DNA of 64,000 bases from Macrostomum lignano. Taxonomy: Eukaryota. How positions within the stretch are numbered: position 1 is the first letter of the stretch; every line of letters starts with the position of its first letter. The DNA lies in the NCBI GenBank assembly GCA_002269645.1, contig NIVC01001955.1, forward strand, positions 62,001 to 126,000, written 5' to 3'. The notes under the pieces are model-generated. The model ran no database searches. It was not told where the DNA came from and was given only the letters and a program-made list of their open reading frames with translations. Made by a program: the position numbers and the translations under genes. Below, one piece after another: positions 50,646-62,425 of the stretch.

Positions 50646-52030
50646 GATGCCGCCGAGCTTCACTCGGGCCAGCGCAGCCTGGACTCCCCCTTCCTGCTGT
50701 CTGGCCGGGTTGTCCCTGGCTTTCGTCGCGGCCGGGCGCTCGGCTGTCCGACTGCCAACATGCCGGCCGAGACGCTGGCGCCTGGCGGCAGACCCTCACA
50801 GTTCGGCGTCTACTGCGGCTGGGCGGCCCTGGCTGGCGAGGGCGACGCTGATTCGATAGGAGAGCCGCACCGGGCCGTGCTCAGCTGGGGCGTCAATCCG
50901 CAGTTCGGCTTGGACAAGCCGCTGTTCGAGGTGCACCTGATAGGACTTCAGTGCGAGGTGGGACCTTCGCTTGTTTATAATGCTGCTAATTTGAACCTCC
51001 TCGCCTCAAGCAGCTTAAGAATTTACTTATATTAAATCACCATAAGCATTGATAATACGAAATTATTTTGCGATTTTTTTTTATTAGAGGCAGGGGGTTT
51101 GTGTGCACCCTGGCGCACTTTAAGCGACATAGGCACACAACCGGCGAGAGGCATTACTGCCCATTCCGCCGACTCCCCTGAGCAGGCACACAAGCGCGCG
51201 GATACGTACGCAGGCACACACTCACACAGGAGTGTACAGCGGCCCTAACTTTATATTATCATTAGGCATGTACACTTCACTGCGCCTTGGGGGGGTTGGC
51301 TCTCAAGGCCGTTAATTGCACGAGCAGAGCCAAGCCGAGATTCCAATTCAGCCCCAAATTAATGTGACTGCACTTGGAATCGAGCCTGGGTCGCTGGCAC
51401 ACCAGAGCCTGCGCTACCGCTGGGCTACGGCCCCCCTGTGCAAAACCTTGTGATAGGAATTTATTTTGCGATTTTCTCCTAAAATAACCTGAAAATCGCC
51501 CCTTGATACCATAAGAATCTCTTCTTCATAAAATTAAGATTAGCCCCTAAGCCAGTCGTCCCTAGTCCCCCCTCGCCTCTAAGCCCCCTAAGCCAAGTCT
51601 AAATTCATCAGCCCATAAGCCCCCCCCCCAAAAAAAAACACTCGCCTCTAAGCCCCGTCTAAGCCATGCAGTTGCCCCAAAGCCCCGCCTAAGACACTCG
51701 CCCTTAGCTGACAAAGGCACTCACCCCTAAGCCCCCCACCACAGACACGCCCTTAAGCTGACAAAGGCACTCACCCCTAAGCCCCCCACCAGACATGACT
51801 CCAGCCTGCAAGCTGCTCTCCCCCTGCAGGGCGACCTGTACGGCAGGCGGCTGCTGTGCCTGGCCACCCATCGACTGCGCGACGAGCGCAACTTCCCCGG
51901 CGGCCTCGACGAGTTGCGCCGCGCCATCGAGCTGGACATGGCCACCGCCTGCCGGCTGTTGGCTGACCGGACACCCGCCGAAGCGGCCGAACTCCTGGCG
52001 CAACGAGTGGCCGCCTGCGGCAAGCTGTAA
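50646..52030 (+). CDS. RFK: Riboflavin kinase (monofunctional); 2 identifiable exons, start codon unresolved
   Basis: Exons 50646-50957 and 51830-52030, phase 0. Motifs SGRVVPGFRRGRALGCPTAN, GVYCGWA, AVLSWGVNPQF, catalytic E in FEVHL, DLYG..L..LRDERNF..LDELRRAIELD. AATAAA at 52102. The first in-frame ATG (50760) lies downstream of PTAN, so an upstream cis or trans exon is required. Confidence 0.9.
51063..51475 (-). mobile_element. tRNA-derived SINE with poly(A) tail and 15-bp target-site duplication, in the RFK intron
   Basis: Minus-strand A-box TAGCCCAGCGG (51428-51418), B-box GGCTCGATTCC (51386-51376), A-rich tail near 51074-51087, and direct repeat TTATTTTGCGATTTT at 51063-51077 and 51461-51475. 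Confidence 0.8.
51540..51800. repeat. Degenerate C-rich (T/C)AAGCCCC repeat with a ~56-bp duplication
   Basis: GCCCTTA(A)GCTGACAAAGGCACTCACCCCTAAGCCCCCCACCA is duplicated just before the RFK acceptor. Confidence 0.75.
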
Positions 52031-52101
52031 TCTCATCGACTTAATCCCCCACATCATTCGATCTCAATCTCTTCAATACAACTGGCTGTTGTTCATTAGC
52101 G

Positions 52102-52107
52102 AATAAA
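52102..52107 (+). other. Polyadenylation signal of RFK
   Basis: AATAAA 72 nt after the stop codon. Confidence 0.55.
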
Positions 52108-52823
52108 AAAATTCTCAAGCCTCAGCTTCTCTCGTGCAATTATTTAAATCGTTCGAGAATGTTTTTTTCACTTACGATGCAAAAGTTCAGCTGCAGTAGC
52201 GGGTCACTGCGGATCTCCGTCTACTTTCTTCCACATTGCTTTTCCCTGTGTGCGACCCTGTTTTTGTTATTTGTGTGTTTATTGAGAGCATACATTGATG
52301 CAAGCAACGAATTAGACTAATTGATTTGACGAGAGGCGCCCACTAAGTAACTCAGCATGTGAATTGCTCAACTTGTTGCATGCCATTATGCCGATAAACA
52401 TTCTTAGTTTTTTTTCTCTCTGAGTGAATCCACTTCTCTGGCACTTTAGCTAGCAACTAAGACACTTGCGCACTATCCACGAAGCAAAGTTTTGTTTTAG
52501 CAAAACAATATTTTAGTTTTTATATGCAATTATAATGAGCGATTTGTTATAATCTTGACGCCACCTTTTAATATAAACAGAATAAATTAAGCAGACTTAA
52601 AAGATTGTTGATGATTTTAGCACTATACTTGGTGCAGCAAAATAAGTGTATGAAGTTGTTACCTAGCTGTATATTTAATTAATTTTGCCACCTGATTAGT
52701 CATCAAGTCACCGGCTGTTGACAATTTCAAACAGACTGAACAAAATGCCAAAAAGGTATTTGCTGTTTGTTAAATAAAAAGTACAAAGCGGACAGGAAAA
52801 AGAATGCAGATACGCTAGACAGA

Positions 52824-53096
52824 CTACTGAAGGGCCTCCTGAATGAGTGTTATGGTGTCGCCTTTGAGCAGAATTCGCCCGATGCGCTTTCGACCTCTGC
52901 TCTTGAGGTGCACCTCTTCGGCGTCATCCATCACGATGTTCATGAACTCGTCGAAACCCAGGATGCGGCCCTCGATGCGCACGTTCACCTGTTCATAGAG
53001 CCACACCTGGACTCTGGCCTGGCTCTGCAGGAAGCGGAATATCAGCGAGATTGGCAGCACCTGCGTCTTCTGCACTCGTTGAGGGCGGTAGGCCAT
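52824..53096 (-). CDS. SNRPE: Small nuclear ribonucleoprotein E (SmE), intronless CDS, 90 aa
   Basis: [78 protein letters not shown] contains the Sm1 and Sm2 motifs of SmE. An acceptor-like CCCAG lies 5 nt before the ATG. Confidence 0.93.
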   Translation of the reverse strand: MAYRPQRVQKTQVLPISLIFRFLQSQARVQVWLYEQVNVRIEGRILGFDEFMNIVMDDAEEVHLKSRGRKRIGRILLKGDTITLIQEALQ

Positions 53097-53599
53097 GTTA
53101 ACTGGGCAGCGGGTTTCGGTGAATGAAATTGGCATAAATAAACAATCAACCAAGGACAACTAAAGCAATTTATATACAAGACGCAACACTTTTGTTTTAT
53201 GAAAAAGTTTTGAAGGCCACTTTTCGCCAAAAATACACTACAGAGATAGGAAGATGTCATTTTTCAGCACAAAAAGCTTTATGAAGATCAATAGAGCTAT
53301 AAGAAAGGCACAACATAAGAAAAGATGAACCTTGGGTCTGCTTCCAATCGAAAGCAATAACAATATTTCTACTGAAAAATGAAAACTTTCTATCTCTGTT
53401 TTATATTTTTATAGCATAGCAAAAATGGCCATTAAAACATTTTCCATGGATTTTGAATGTTGCATCCTTCTTTAATAGTCTATGCAATCAACTCAATGCA
53501 CAGCTCTAGATTCAAAGCACTTAAAATTTGCAATAGTAATGCATTGAAAATGAACTTCTTTGGAGGTTTGTTTTGGTATCTGATTCATTTCTACTATCT

Positions 53600-55520
53600 A
53601 CCATGTCGAACATTAAAGAGCCACCATGTCAAACATTAAAGAGCCACCATTTCGAACATTAAAGAGCCACCATGTCAAACATTAAAGAGCCACCATTTCG
53701 AACATTAAAGAGCCACCATGTCAAACATTAAAGAGCCACCATTTCGAACATTAAAGAGCCACCATGTCAAACATTAAAGAGCCACCATTTCGAACATTAA
53801 AGAGCCACCATGTCAAACATTAAAGAGCCACCATGTCGAACATTAAAGAGCCACCATTTCGAACATTAAAGAGCCACCATGTCAAACATTAAAGAGCCAC
53901 CATGTCGAACATTAAAGAGCCACCATGTGGAACATTAAAGAGCCACCATGTCGAACATTAAAGAGCCACCATGTCAAACATTAAAGAGCCACCATTTCGA
54001 ACATTAAAGAGCCACCATGTGGAACATTAAAGAGCCACCATTTCGAACATTAAAGAGCCACCATGTCAAACATTAAAGAGCCACCATGTCGAACATTAAA
54101 GAGCCACCATTTCGAACATTAAAGAGCCACCATGTCAAACATTAAAGAGCCACCATGTCGAACATTAAAGAGCCACCATGTGGAACATTAAAGAGCCACC
54201 ATTTCGAACATTAAAGAGCCACCATGTCAAACATTAAAGAGCCACCATGTCGAACATTAAAGAGCCACCATTTCGAACATTAAAGAGCCACCATGTCGAA
54301 CATTAAAGGGCCATCATGTCGAACATTAAAGAGCCACCATTTCGAACATTAAAGAGCCACCATGTCGAACATTAAAGAGCCACCATTTCGAACATTAAAG
54401 AGCCACCATGTCAAACATTAAAGAGCCACCATTTCGAACATTAAAGAGCCACCATGTCAAACATTAAAGAGCCACCATGTCGAACATTAAAGAGCCACCA
54501 TTTCGAACATTAAAGAGCCACCATGTCGAACATTAAAGAGCCATCATGTCGAACATTAAAGAGCCACCATTTCGAACATTAAAGAGCCACCATGTCGAAC
54601 ATTAAAGAGCCACCATTTCGAACATTAAAGAGCCACCATGTCAAACATTAAAGAGCCACCATGTCAAACATTAAAGAGCCACCATGTCAAAAATTAAAGA
54701 GCCACCATGTGGAACATTAAAGAGCCACCATGTCAAACATTAAAGAGCCACCATTTCGAATATTAAAGAGCCACCATGTGGAACATTAAAGAGCCACCAT
54801 GTCAAACATTAAAGAGCCACCATTTCGAACATTAAAGAGCCACCATGTCAAACATTAAAGAGCCACCATTTCGAACATTAAAGAGCCACCATGTCAAACA
54901 TTAAAGAGCCACCATTTCGAACATTAAAGAGCTACCATGTGGAACATAGAAGAGCCATCATGTCAAACATTAAAGAGCTACAATGTCAAACATTAAAGAG
55001 CCACCATGTGAAACATAAAAGAGCCACCATGTCAAACATGTACACGACTAGATGTTAAACATTAAAGAGCCACCATGTCAAACATATATGTGACTCCATG
55101 TCAAAAATTAAAGAGCCACCATGTTGAACATTAAAGAGCCACCATGTCAAACATTAAAGAGCTATTATGTCAAACATACTCATAGAGCTACCAAGTCAGA
55201 CATAAAAGAGCCACCATGTCAAAAAATAAAATATCCACCATGTCAAACATATATGTGACTCCATGTCAAACATTAAAGAGTCACTATGTCAAACATTAAA
55301 GAGCTACCATGTCAAACATAAAAGAGCCACCATGTAGAACACAAAAGAGTCACCATGTCAAACATTAAAGAGCCACCATGTCAAACATTAAAGAGCCACC
55401 ATGTCAAACATTAAAGAGCCACCATGTCAAACATTAAAGAGCCACCATGTCAAACATAAAGGAGACATCATTTCAAACATAAAAAGAAGCATCATGCCAA
55501 ACATAAAGGAGCCACTATAA
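53600..55520. repeat. 23-bp minisatellite AACATTAAAGAGCCACCAT(G/T)T(C/G)(A/G), about 80 copies
   Basis: Homogeneous 5' part, decaying 3' part. Confidence 0.96.
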
Positions 55521-55559
55521 AGCTAAGGATATTGTTGCACTAGCTACTTGTTGTCTGGT

Positions 55560-56235
55560 GGATGCTTGCTATCTAAGGATAGATAATTGCTATCAGGGAG
55601 ATGCTTGCTATCTGAGGGATGTTTGCTATCTGAGTGATGCTTGCTATTGGGTAAGATGCTTGCTATCTATCTAGGGTAACTTGCTATTGGGGGATGCTTG
55701 CTATCTAGGGTAACTTGCTATTGGGGGGTGCTTGCTCTTGGGGAATGGAGGGTACTTGCTATCTAAGAAGGGTTTGCTAGCTATCTATAAGGATTCTTTG
55801 TATCCAGGGATGCTTGCTATCTAGGGGATGCTTGCATGCTGTCTGGGAATGCTTGCTATCTGGGGGATGCTTGCTATCTAGGAGATGCTTGCATGCTGTC
55901 TGGGGATACTTGCTATCTAGGAGATGCTTTCATGCTGTCTGGGGATGTTTGCATGCTGTCTGGGGATTCTTGCTATCTGGAGGATGCTTGCTATCTAGGG
56001 GATGCTTGCTATCTGGGAGACGCTAGTATACTGTCTGGGGATGCTTGCTATCTGGGGGATGCTTGCTACCTAGGGGATGCTTGCTATCTGGGAGATGCTT
56101 GCATACTATCTGGGGATGCTTGCTATTTGGGAGGCAAGAGGCTTACTCTTGGCAGGAGGGTATTTGCCATATTGGGGGGAGAGGTTTTGCTATCTGGAGA
56201 GTGCTTGCTATCTGGGAAGATGCTTGCTGTCTTGG
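55560..56235. repeat. Degenerate ~18-bp repeat GGGGATGCTTGCTATCT(A/G)
   Basis: Tandem degenerate copies. Confidence 0.88.
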
Positions 56236-57456
56236 GATGTTTTCTTTTTAGATAGAATGTCTGTTATCTTTGTGAAAGCTTTATTTTGCTATCTTTTGTT
56301 ACTTTTAGAGAACAGATATTCTATCTAGATATCCCCTATGGGGGGCCAAAGATTGCTAGCTAATAACAAAAAATAATTTTTTAGTTGGTTGATTAATGCT
56401 TGCTAGTTTTCTTAGGTCTATACCAATAGAAAAAGGAAGTGATTATATGCATGGTACAATGTAAATATTGCCAATATTATTTACATAATAACTGAAATAA
56501 GTATTTGTACTATAATTAATTTGCAAAGTATAAAAAGAATTAGAATATGAAGTTTACTTATTTATGATTAAAAGGAGATTTGCAATTAAATGTAACTAGA
56601 CAATAGCTATAAGTACAATACAACACAGTATATAAAAGAATAAAACTAATCTTTATTTTAGTTACTGTGTAAATAATGACAGTAGGCCTATACAGATTAT
56701 TTACATAGTGTTATGGGAATAATGAGTACCATGGGCATGAAAAGAAGCTAGGCCCTAAAAAATGCAATATTGTTGTAAAGACAATGCCATCCATTAGCAA
56801 AATTATACTATTGTATTTTTAAATTAATATTTGGCCTAATAATAAAAATAGGATAAATAGGCCAGTTCTCCAAGTTTTACAATTGACAATTGAATTTTAC
56901 AATATACAATTGACTTTTTAGGCTAGGACTTAGGCGAAATCATAAAACAAAATGGGCCACCCCCAGATTTATAGCGAGCCCTAAGGCTAGGCTATAGGCC
57001 CTATTGTTATAATACTCATGTATTTTTCTAGTTCGGAACTAAGTTTAAAACTGAATTCATTAAAATATTTGCAAACAAACATAAACGTTCTGTTCCCTAT
57101 TCCCATGCATTAGTTTTCTAAAATGTCTTTGAATCCTGACTGTCAGTGGCAGTTAAAAACTGTTAATGCCTAATGAAAAGTCTAAGAGCCCGGCTCAATC
57201 CTCAGTGGTTTGTTCTTTAGACTTAAGCCTAGGCCTGTTTTTTCAAATCTTCAATTGTTTGACAATTGAAAGTTGGATTGGATTCACCAGCTTTGACTTA
57301 TTCTCATCACTTAGGCACTCCTAAACTTAAGACAGGAGCCAGGTTATCTTTACCAAAGCATGGCCGAAGTAAATAATAAATTTATCTTAATTTAGACACT
57401 AACAGACACCTATAAATAATAAAGTAAAGTACATGCTGCGATACACGTCGTCATCA

Positions 57457-59384
57457 TCTCTACCTATAAAAATCAAAACTCTGTCTGTCTGTGGACAAAT
57501 TACTTCGCTATGGACTCCCAAACCGCTCAACCAAATGACACCAAACTTTACACCCACCCTAAACTTACTACGGAGAATGTCTTAGGCTACCTTTAAATTT
57601 CCTAGACTCAAGTCTTCCTACCTAAAAGTACAAAAAACTGCTCAAAATGCGCGATTTTTTCACTTAATCCTCCATAGCGCCGCTCCACTTCTACCGATTC
57701 TCTTCAAATTTGACACAGATAATCTTAAACTATTTTGGCACAATCATGTAAAATTTCGAGTCTCAAAGTTAATCCTGAGCGGTGCTGTGCACTTTTAAAG
57801 TTAGTCTGCTTTTTTCAGCGAGACAGCCACCCCAACCTCCGGCCGCCTGCCTCTCTTTCCCGATCCCAATCTGGGCCCAGATGTGTAAAAGGGTTTCAAA
57901 ATTGACTAACTTTCAGCTGCCATAAGTTTGCTCCACGTAAAGCGATTGACTTCAAACTTGACACAATTCTTCATTGACCCATTCTCTATCTAAATGTAAA
58001 GTTTCAACTCTGTAACTCAACCGAAAAAGAAACTGTAAGCATGTGAAGTTTGTCTGCTTTTTCTGTTGTTTGTGCCACTCACTCACTCATTCCCCAGAGC
58101 CAGACGAAGGGTCAGGCGATAGGACTGAATGTACATAGCAAATGTACAGTGTTTTGGAATAACTTTATTTATAGCCTTCTCTGCACCCCCATGAGTGGAG
58201 AGGCGTGGAGAGGAGAGACAGTTTCAGCAAGAGATTCAAACCACTGTCCTCTGTATAGACACAAGTCTGCAGCAGTTTAACAGTAGATGGCAAACAGGCA
58301 AATCAAGGCGATGCGGGATGGTTTGTAAAAATAGCGAAAAATTAATGAATAACTTATTACAATGCAATCCTACTAAATTAGTTACACCATGAAAATTTTA
58401 ACATTAAGATTCGCATAAGGTACTTTAAAATTTAAATGGCCTCCTAAGAAATGCGTATTTCCTTGGTTGTTAGACTGATGCAGACTGCAGTGGAGCTGAA
58501 GATACACAAATTCTCTTCAGGGCTTGCAAATTGGCAAGAAAGATGACATGATCAAAGCATGAGAACAGCCATGAGAGTACTATGTCCCACAAACTGGCTT
58601 TCCAAGCAGGAATGGGCAGACTTTTACCTCAAAGGCCAGAAAAGAATCCAGCTTATGGCTGAGGGGGCAGTTGAGAGTGGAGAGAAGGAATAGACTATTC
58701 GAAGAGAGGAGAAGCGACAGAGGGGATAAAAGAAAAGATAAAAGATAATAGGAGAGATGAGGGGCTGAGGACGATGAGAGAGAGGGGGAGAAGAGGGGAG
58801 AGAGGAAAAGCGAGAGGAGAGAGTAGAGATAAGAGAGCAGAGAGCTGCAGATGAGAGGAGAGAGGAGACAGCAGAGAGGAGAGCAGAGAGGAAACAGGTG
58901 AAAGAAGAGATGAGAGAGTAAAGGGAAGAGAGAAGAGATAAAGATACATCTCTACATCTCTAAGGTTGTAGAGATGAGAGAGGTGGAAGGAGAGATGAGA
59001 AATGAGAGATGAGAGATAACGGAGAGAGGAGAGTGGAGTGAAAGAAGAGAGGGAGACAGAGTATAGAAAAGGGAAGAGAAGAGAAAAGAAGAAAGGAGAA
59101 AGGAAAGTGAGGAGTCAAAAGAGGGGAAAGAAAAGAGTACAGAGGAGAGAGGTGAGAGAACATATAAGACAGAGATGCCAGATTAAAGAGGGGGGATGAG
59201 AGAGCAGAGACGAGAGTGAACAGATAAAAGATGGGAGAGTAGAGAGAACAGAGGAGAGGTTACAGAGACGAGAGGAGAGAGGAGAGACAAAGGTAGAGAA
59301 GTGAGTGAGGAGAGAGGAGAGGAAAGAGGAGAATGGAGAGGGGAGAAGAGAGTAGAGAGAGGAGGAGAGATAAGAGAGAAAGAC

Positions 59385-59446
<62 letters not shown>

Positions 59447-60112
59447 CAGACAGAAATGAGAAGAGATAAGAGAGAAAAGATAAAAGAAGAGAAAGGAAAG
59501 ATGAGAGAGCAAAGACGAGAGAGAAAAGAGGTGAGGGAAGAGACGAGAGAAGAGGGGAGAGATGAGAGAGTAGAGGAGAGAGTTAAGAGAAGAGAGAAAA
59601 GAATAGAAAGGAGAAGGAAAATAAGAGAGAAGAGGGGGTGAGAGGAGAGAGGAGAGGGGGAGAGAGGAGAGAGGAGAGGAGAGAGGAGAGGAGAGAGAAA
59701 AGAAGAGACAAGAGATGAGATAAGAGAGAAGAGAGAGAAGAGAGATGAGGGAAGATACGAGAGAAGAGGGGAGAGAGGAGAGACAAGGGATGAGAGAGAT
59801 GAGAGGAAACAAAGAGACGATAGTAATTTTAAAGGATCCAAGGGACATAGGGAAAGTCAGGGAGAGACCAGAGTTTAGCAATATATGTTTTAGAGTCAGA
59901 CAGACATTGCCTGACATTATGCGCAGTACCCCAGCCAACAATGTCTCAAACCCTAATTTTACACGAATGTGCTCCATTTTATGTCTACCTCTATCCTACT
60001 AACTATTAACAAGTTTTTGTTTGTGTATGGCCTTAGATTTCAGAATACATGCAAAAGTAGTTCCGGGTATTGGAATTCCCCGGGTTTAAAATCCGCGGGT
60101 TTCAACAGCTTG
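57457..60112 (+). mobile_element. Putative non-autonomous Helitron carrying a GA-rich tract
   Basis: 5' A|TCTCTACCTATAAAAAT followed by CTGTCTGTCTGT and an AACCGCTCAACCAAATGACACCAAACTT motif; 3' hairpin CCCGGGTTT-A-AAATCCGCGGG (60078-60099) followed about 10 nt later by CTTG|T (canonical is CTRR). No Rep/helicase ORF. Confidence 0.45.
58690..59815. repeat. GA-rich polypurine low-complexity tract including (GA)n
   Basis: About 1.1 kb almost purely of purines. Confidence 0.93.
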
Positions 60113-62425
60113 TCGACATTATAAAAATAGCCAATTTGTGCTATTCAATTTTGTGAATTTTCTATTTACTGATTATAACAATCAATTAGCTAAGGTGATG
60201 ATTAGCTATGCAATCGCAAACTTGTGTCCTTGTATCCTTGATATATTTTTTCTTAAAATCTTTTAATCCTTCAAACTTTTTAAAATAAGATATTAGATCT
60301 TTCCAACGCAAATCTTTGAAGGCCATAGCTTTGTTTATTAAACCTAAAGGCGCGGATCAGCCAAGCTAACGGCTCTACCCCTGAATAAAGGAGTGTGACC
60401 TCCAGCAGCGTATGCTAGGGTCTTTTGAACATTGGATCCTTATGGGTTAGGTTTGCTTCAGAGAAGGCTGTCTTTACGCGAAAAATACACCACTGAAACA
60501 ACGTTGTATGGACGTCGTCCTTCTAAGAAATACAACAGAGGCAATTGTTTACAAAAACTTCAAAATAAAGGCAGCTCTGAACATTTTTATGTCGTTTTTT
60601 ATACTTTGAGTCATTTTTCTAAATGTCTTTAATTTTTTTAAAAGGATGGGGAGGCCGATATTTATATCCTTTAATTGATGAATTTTTGGGCGATGCCCTA
60701 GCCAAAGAAACACGAAAAGAAAATCACTAACGCTGCTACTTTTAAACATAAAAGTCTCATAAACATATCTCGAAATATTTTCGCCTAAAGCCAGCCTTCT
60801 AAGAAAATAATTTTCTACTACTAAAAGTCTTCTAAAGCCTAGGAAGCGGTAAAGAAAGAAAATGAGAAACAAAAGCTTAAAGTTTGGACACGCGTTTTAC
60901 AGTGTGAGAGGAGGAGATATAGCGGACTGAGGGCTGAGTCGCATGGCCTGCCATTTTCACTCAAAGTCACGGTACGGCCTCAAGGGTCTTGACTTAGACA
61001 CACGGATGACTTTAACGGCATTTATGTAGTCCGTGCTCAGACAGTGTCAGAGCAGCATCTGGAGACGTTTGCGGATTATGAGCTTGCCAAACGTTACGCA
61101 CTTCAGTCTCGGATGCGTTGATCACCAGTCCGACGCCATTGCCCTCCTTCCCGGCAGCAATCCGACGTTGACTGTCGTTTCCGATGTCTATCGACGTCGC
61201 TGACAAAAAATGTACTTTTTAATAACATCGACGGACAACGGCTTCAAACGTCGGTTGAACGTCGGTGTAATTTGTAAAAGTACGATACAAATTTTTCAGC
61301 GACGTCGGGAATTCGGGAATGAAGACTCTGGAGAGAACGTGCTAAGCGCGACAGCCGGATGGTGACACACAAGGGCCGATATCTTCAGCGTAGTTCTATT
61401 TGTAAAGGAGAGCACGCAGCAATAAGGCAGGATGCCGGGAGCTTCGGTGTGGAACCATAACATCACCATCGTTTTCACTCTGGCACCAGCGTCCAGTGAA
61501 GCATGTAGTTCATAACTACGATGAAGAGCAGAGGGGGTAGTGATAGCTTGTCGCCAGACACCTGAAGTTTAGCCGTGGCTGGACTGGACAAACGCAGTGC
61601 ATCGGATCGCTGTACTGGTCTATTCAAGAGGCTACACCTAAGGGAAAGATTCAATGTAAACGCCAGGCACAAAGTAGAGACAAACCCACAAAAAATTACA
61701 GGCATGTAAACAGAAAAGACTGCGAAAGTTGATCGCTACGGAGCGCTTGGCATCTTTCAAGCTTCGATAACGACCTGAATGGCCAGTGCTGGACCAGACA
61801 AGCCGAAAAACATTTCTGGCTGAGAAGCAGAAGATTTAGCCGTTCAGCAGTTTAGACTTTAGACTTTTTCGGAGTGCATGGAGATTACGATATTGAATGT
61901 GCGTCATTTGGCAGGTGACGTAAATGCATCGTATTGGGTCAGTTCCGGAAAGTTCAAAAGCGTTTGCTATTGAGTCTGCCCCGGAAGCGGCATCCAAACG
62001 CTCTTCAGAGCTTAACTGACCTCGCCCGTGGTGATCGGACCTGAGCTGGGTCGGAAACCGGAATCAAAACAGAATGAGGCAGGGGCGATGAGCACCTTGT
62101 GGTGGTTAACCATCAGAGCTTATCTAAGTAAAAGTACAGCTTATAGTGTACATGGTGTTAACAGTATATTTGCCAATTGTTAATACACAGAGAAAATCAT
62201 ACATTTCACTTCGTAAAATACTAAATCTTTTCTGTATTATATTTATCGGTATAGGTCCGTGGTAACTATAAAAAATCAGAATAACCGAAGCGATATATAT
62301 CGTAACTTTTACTTTCATGCATTTTTAATTAACGAGATACAAATTGGTTGTGTTTGTCCACCATTCGAAAGCATGGCATAGTGCGTTATTTGATGCAATT
62401 TTAATCTGAGAACCGGATAGCAGCA

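Noticed and set aside
55814-56328. (ACYLGD)n Cys-repeat ORF
   Set aside because: An 18-bp degenerate satellite with no splice or promoter support.
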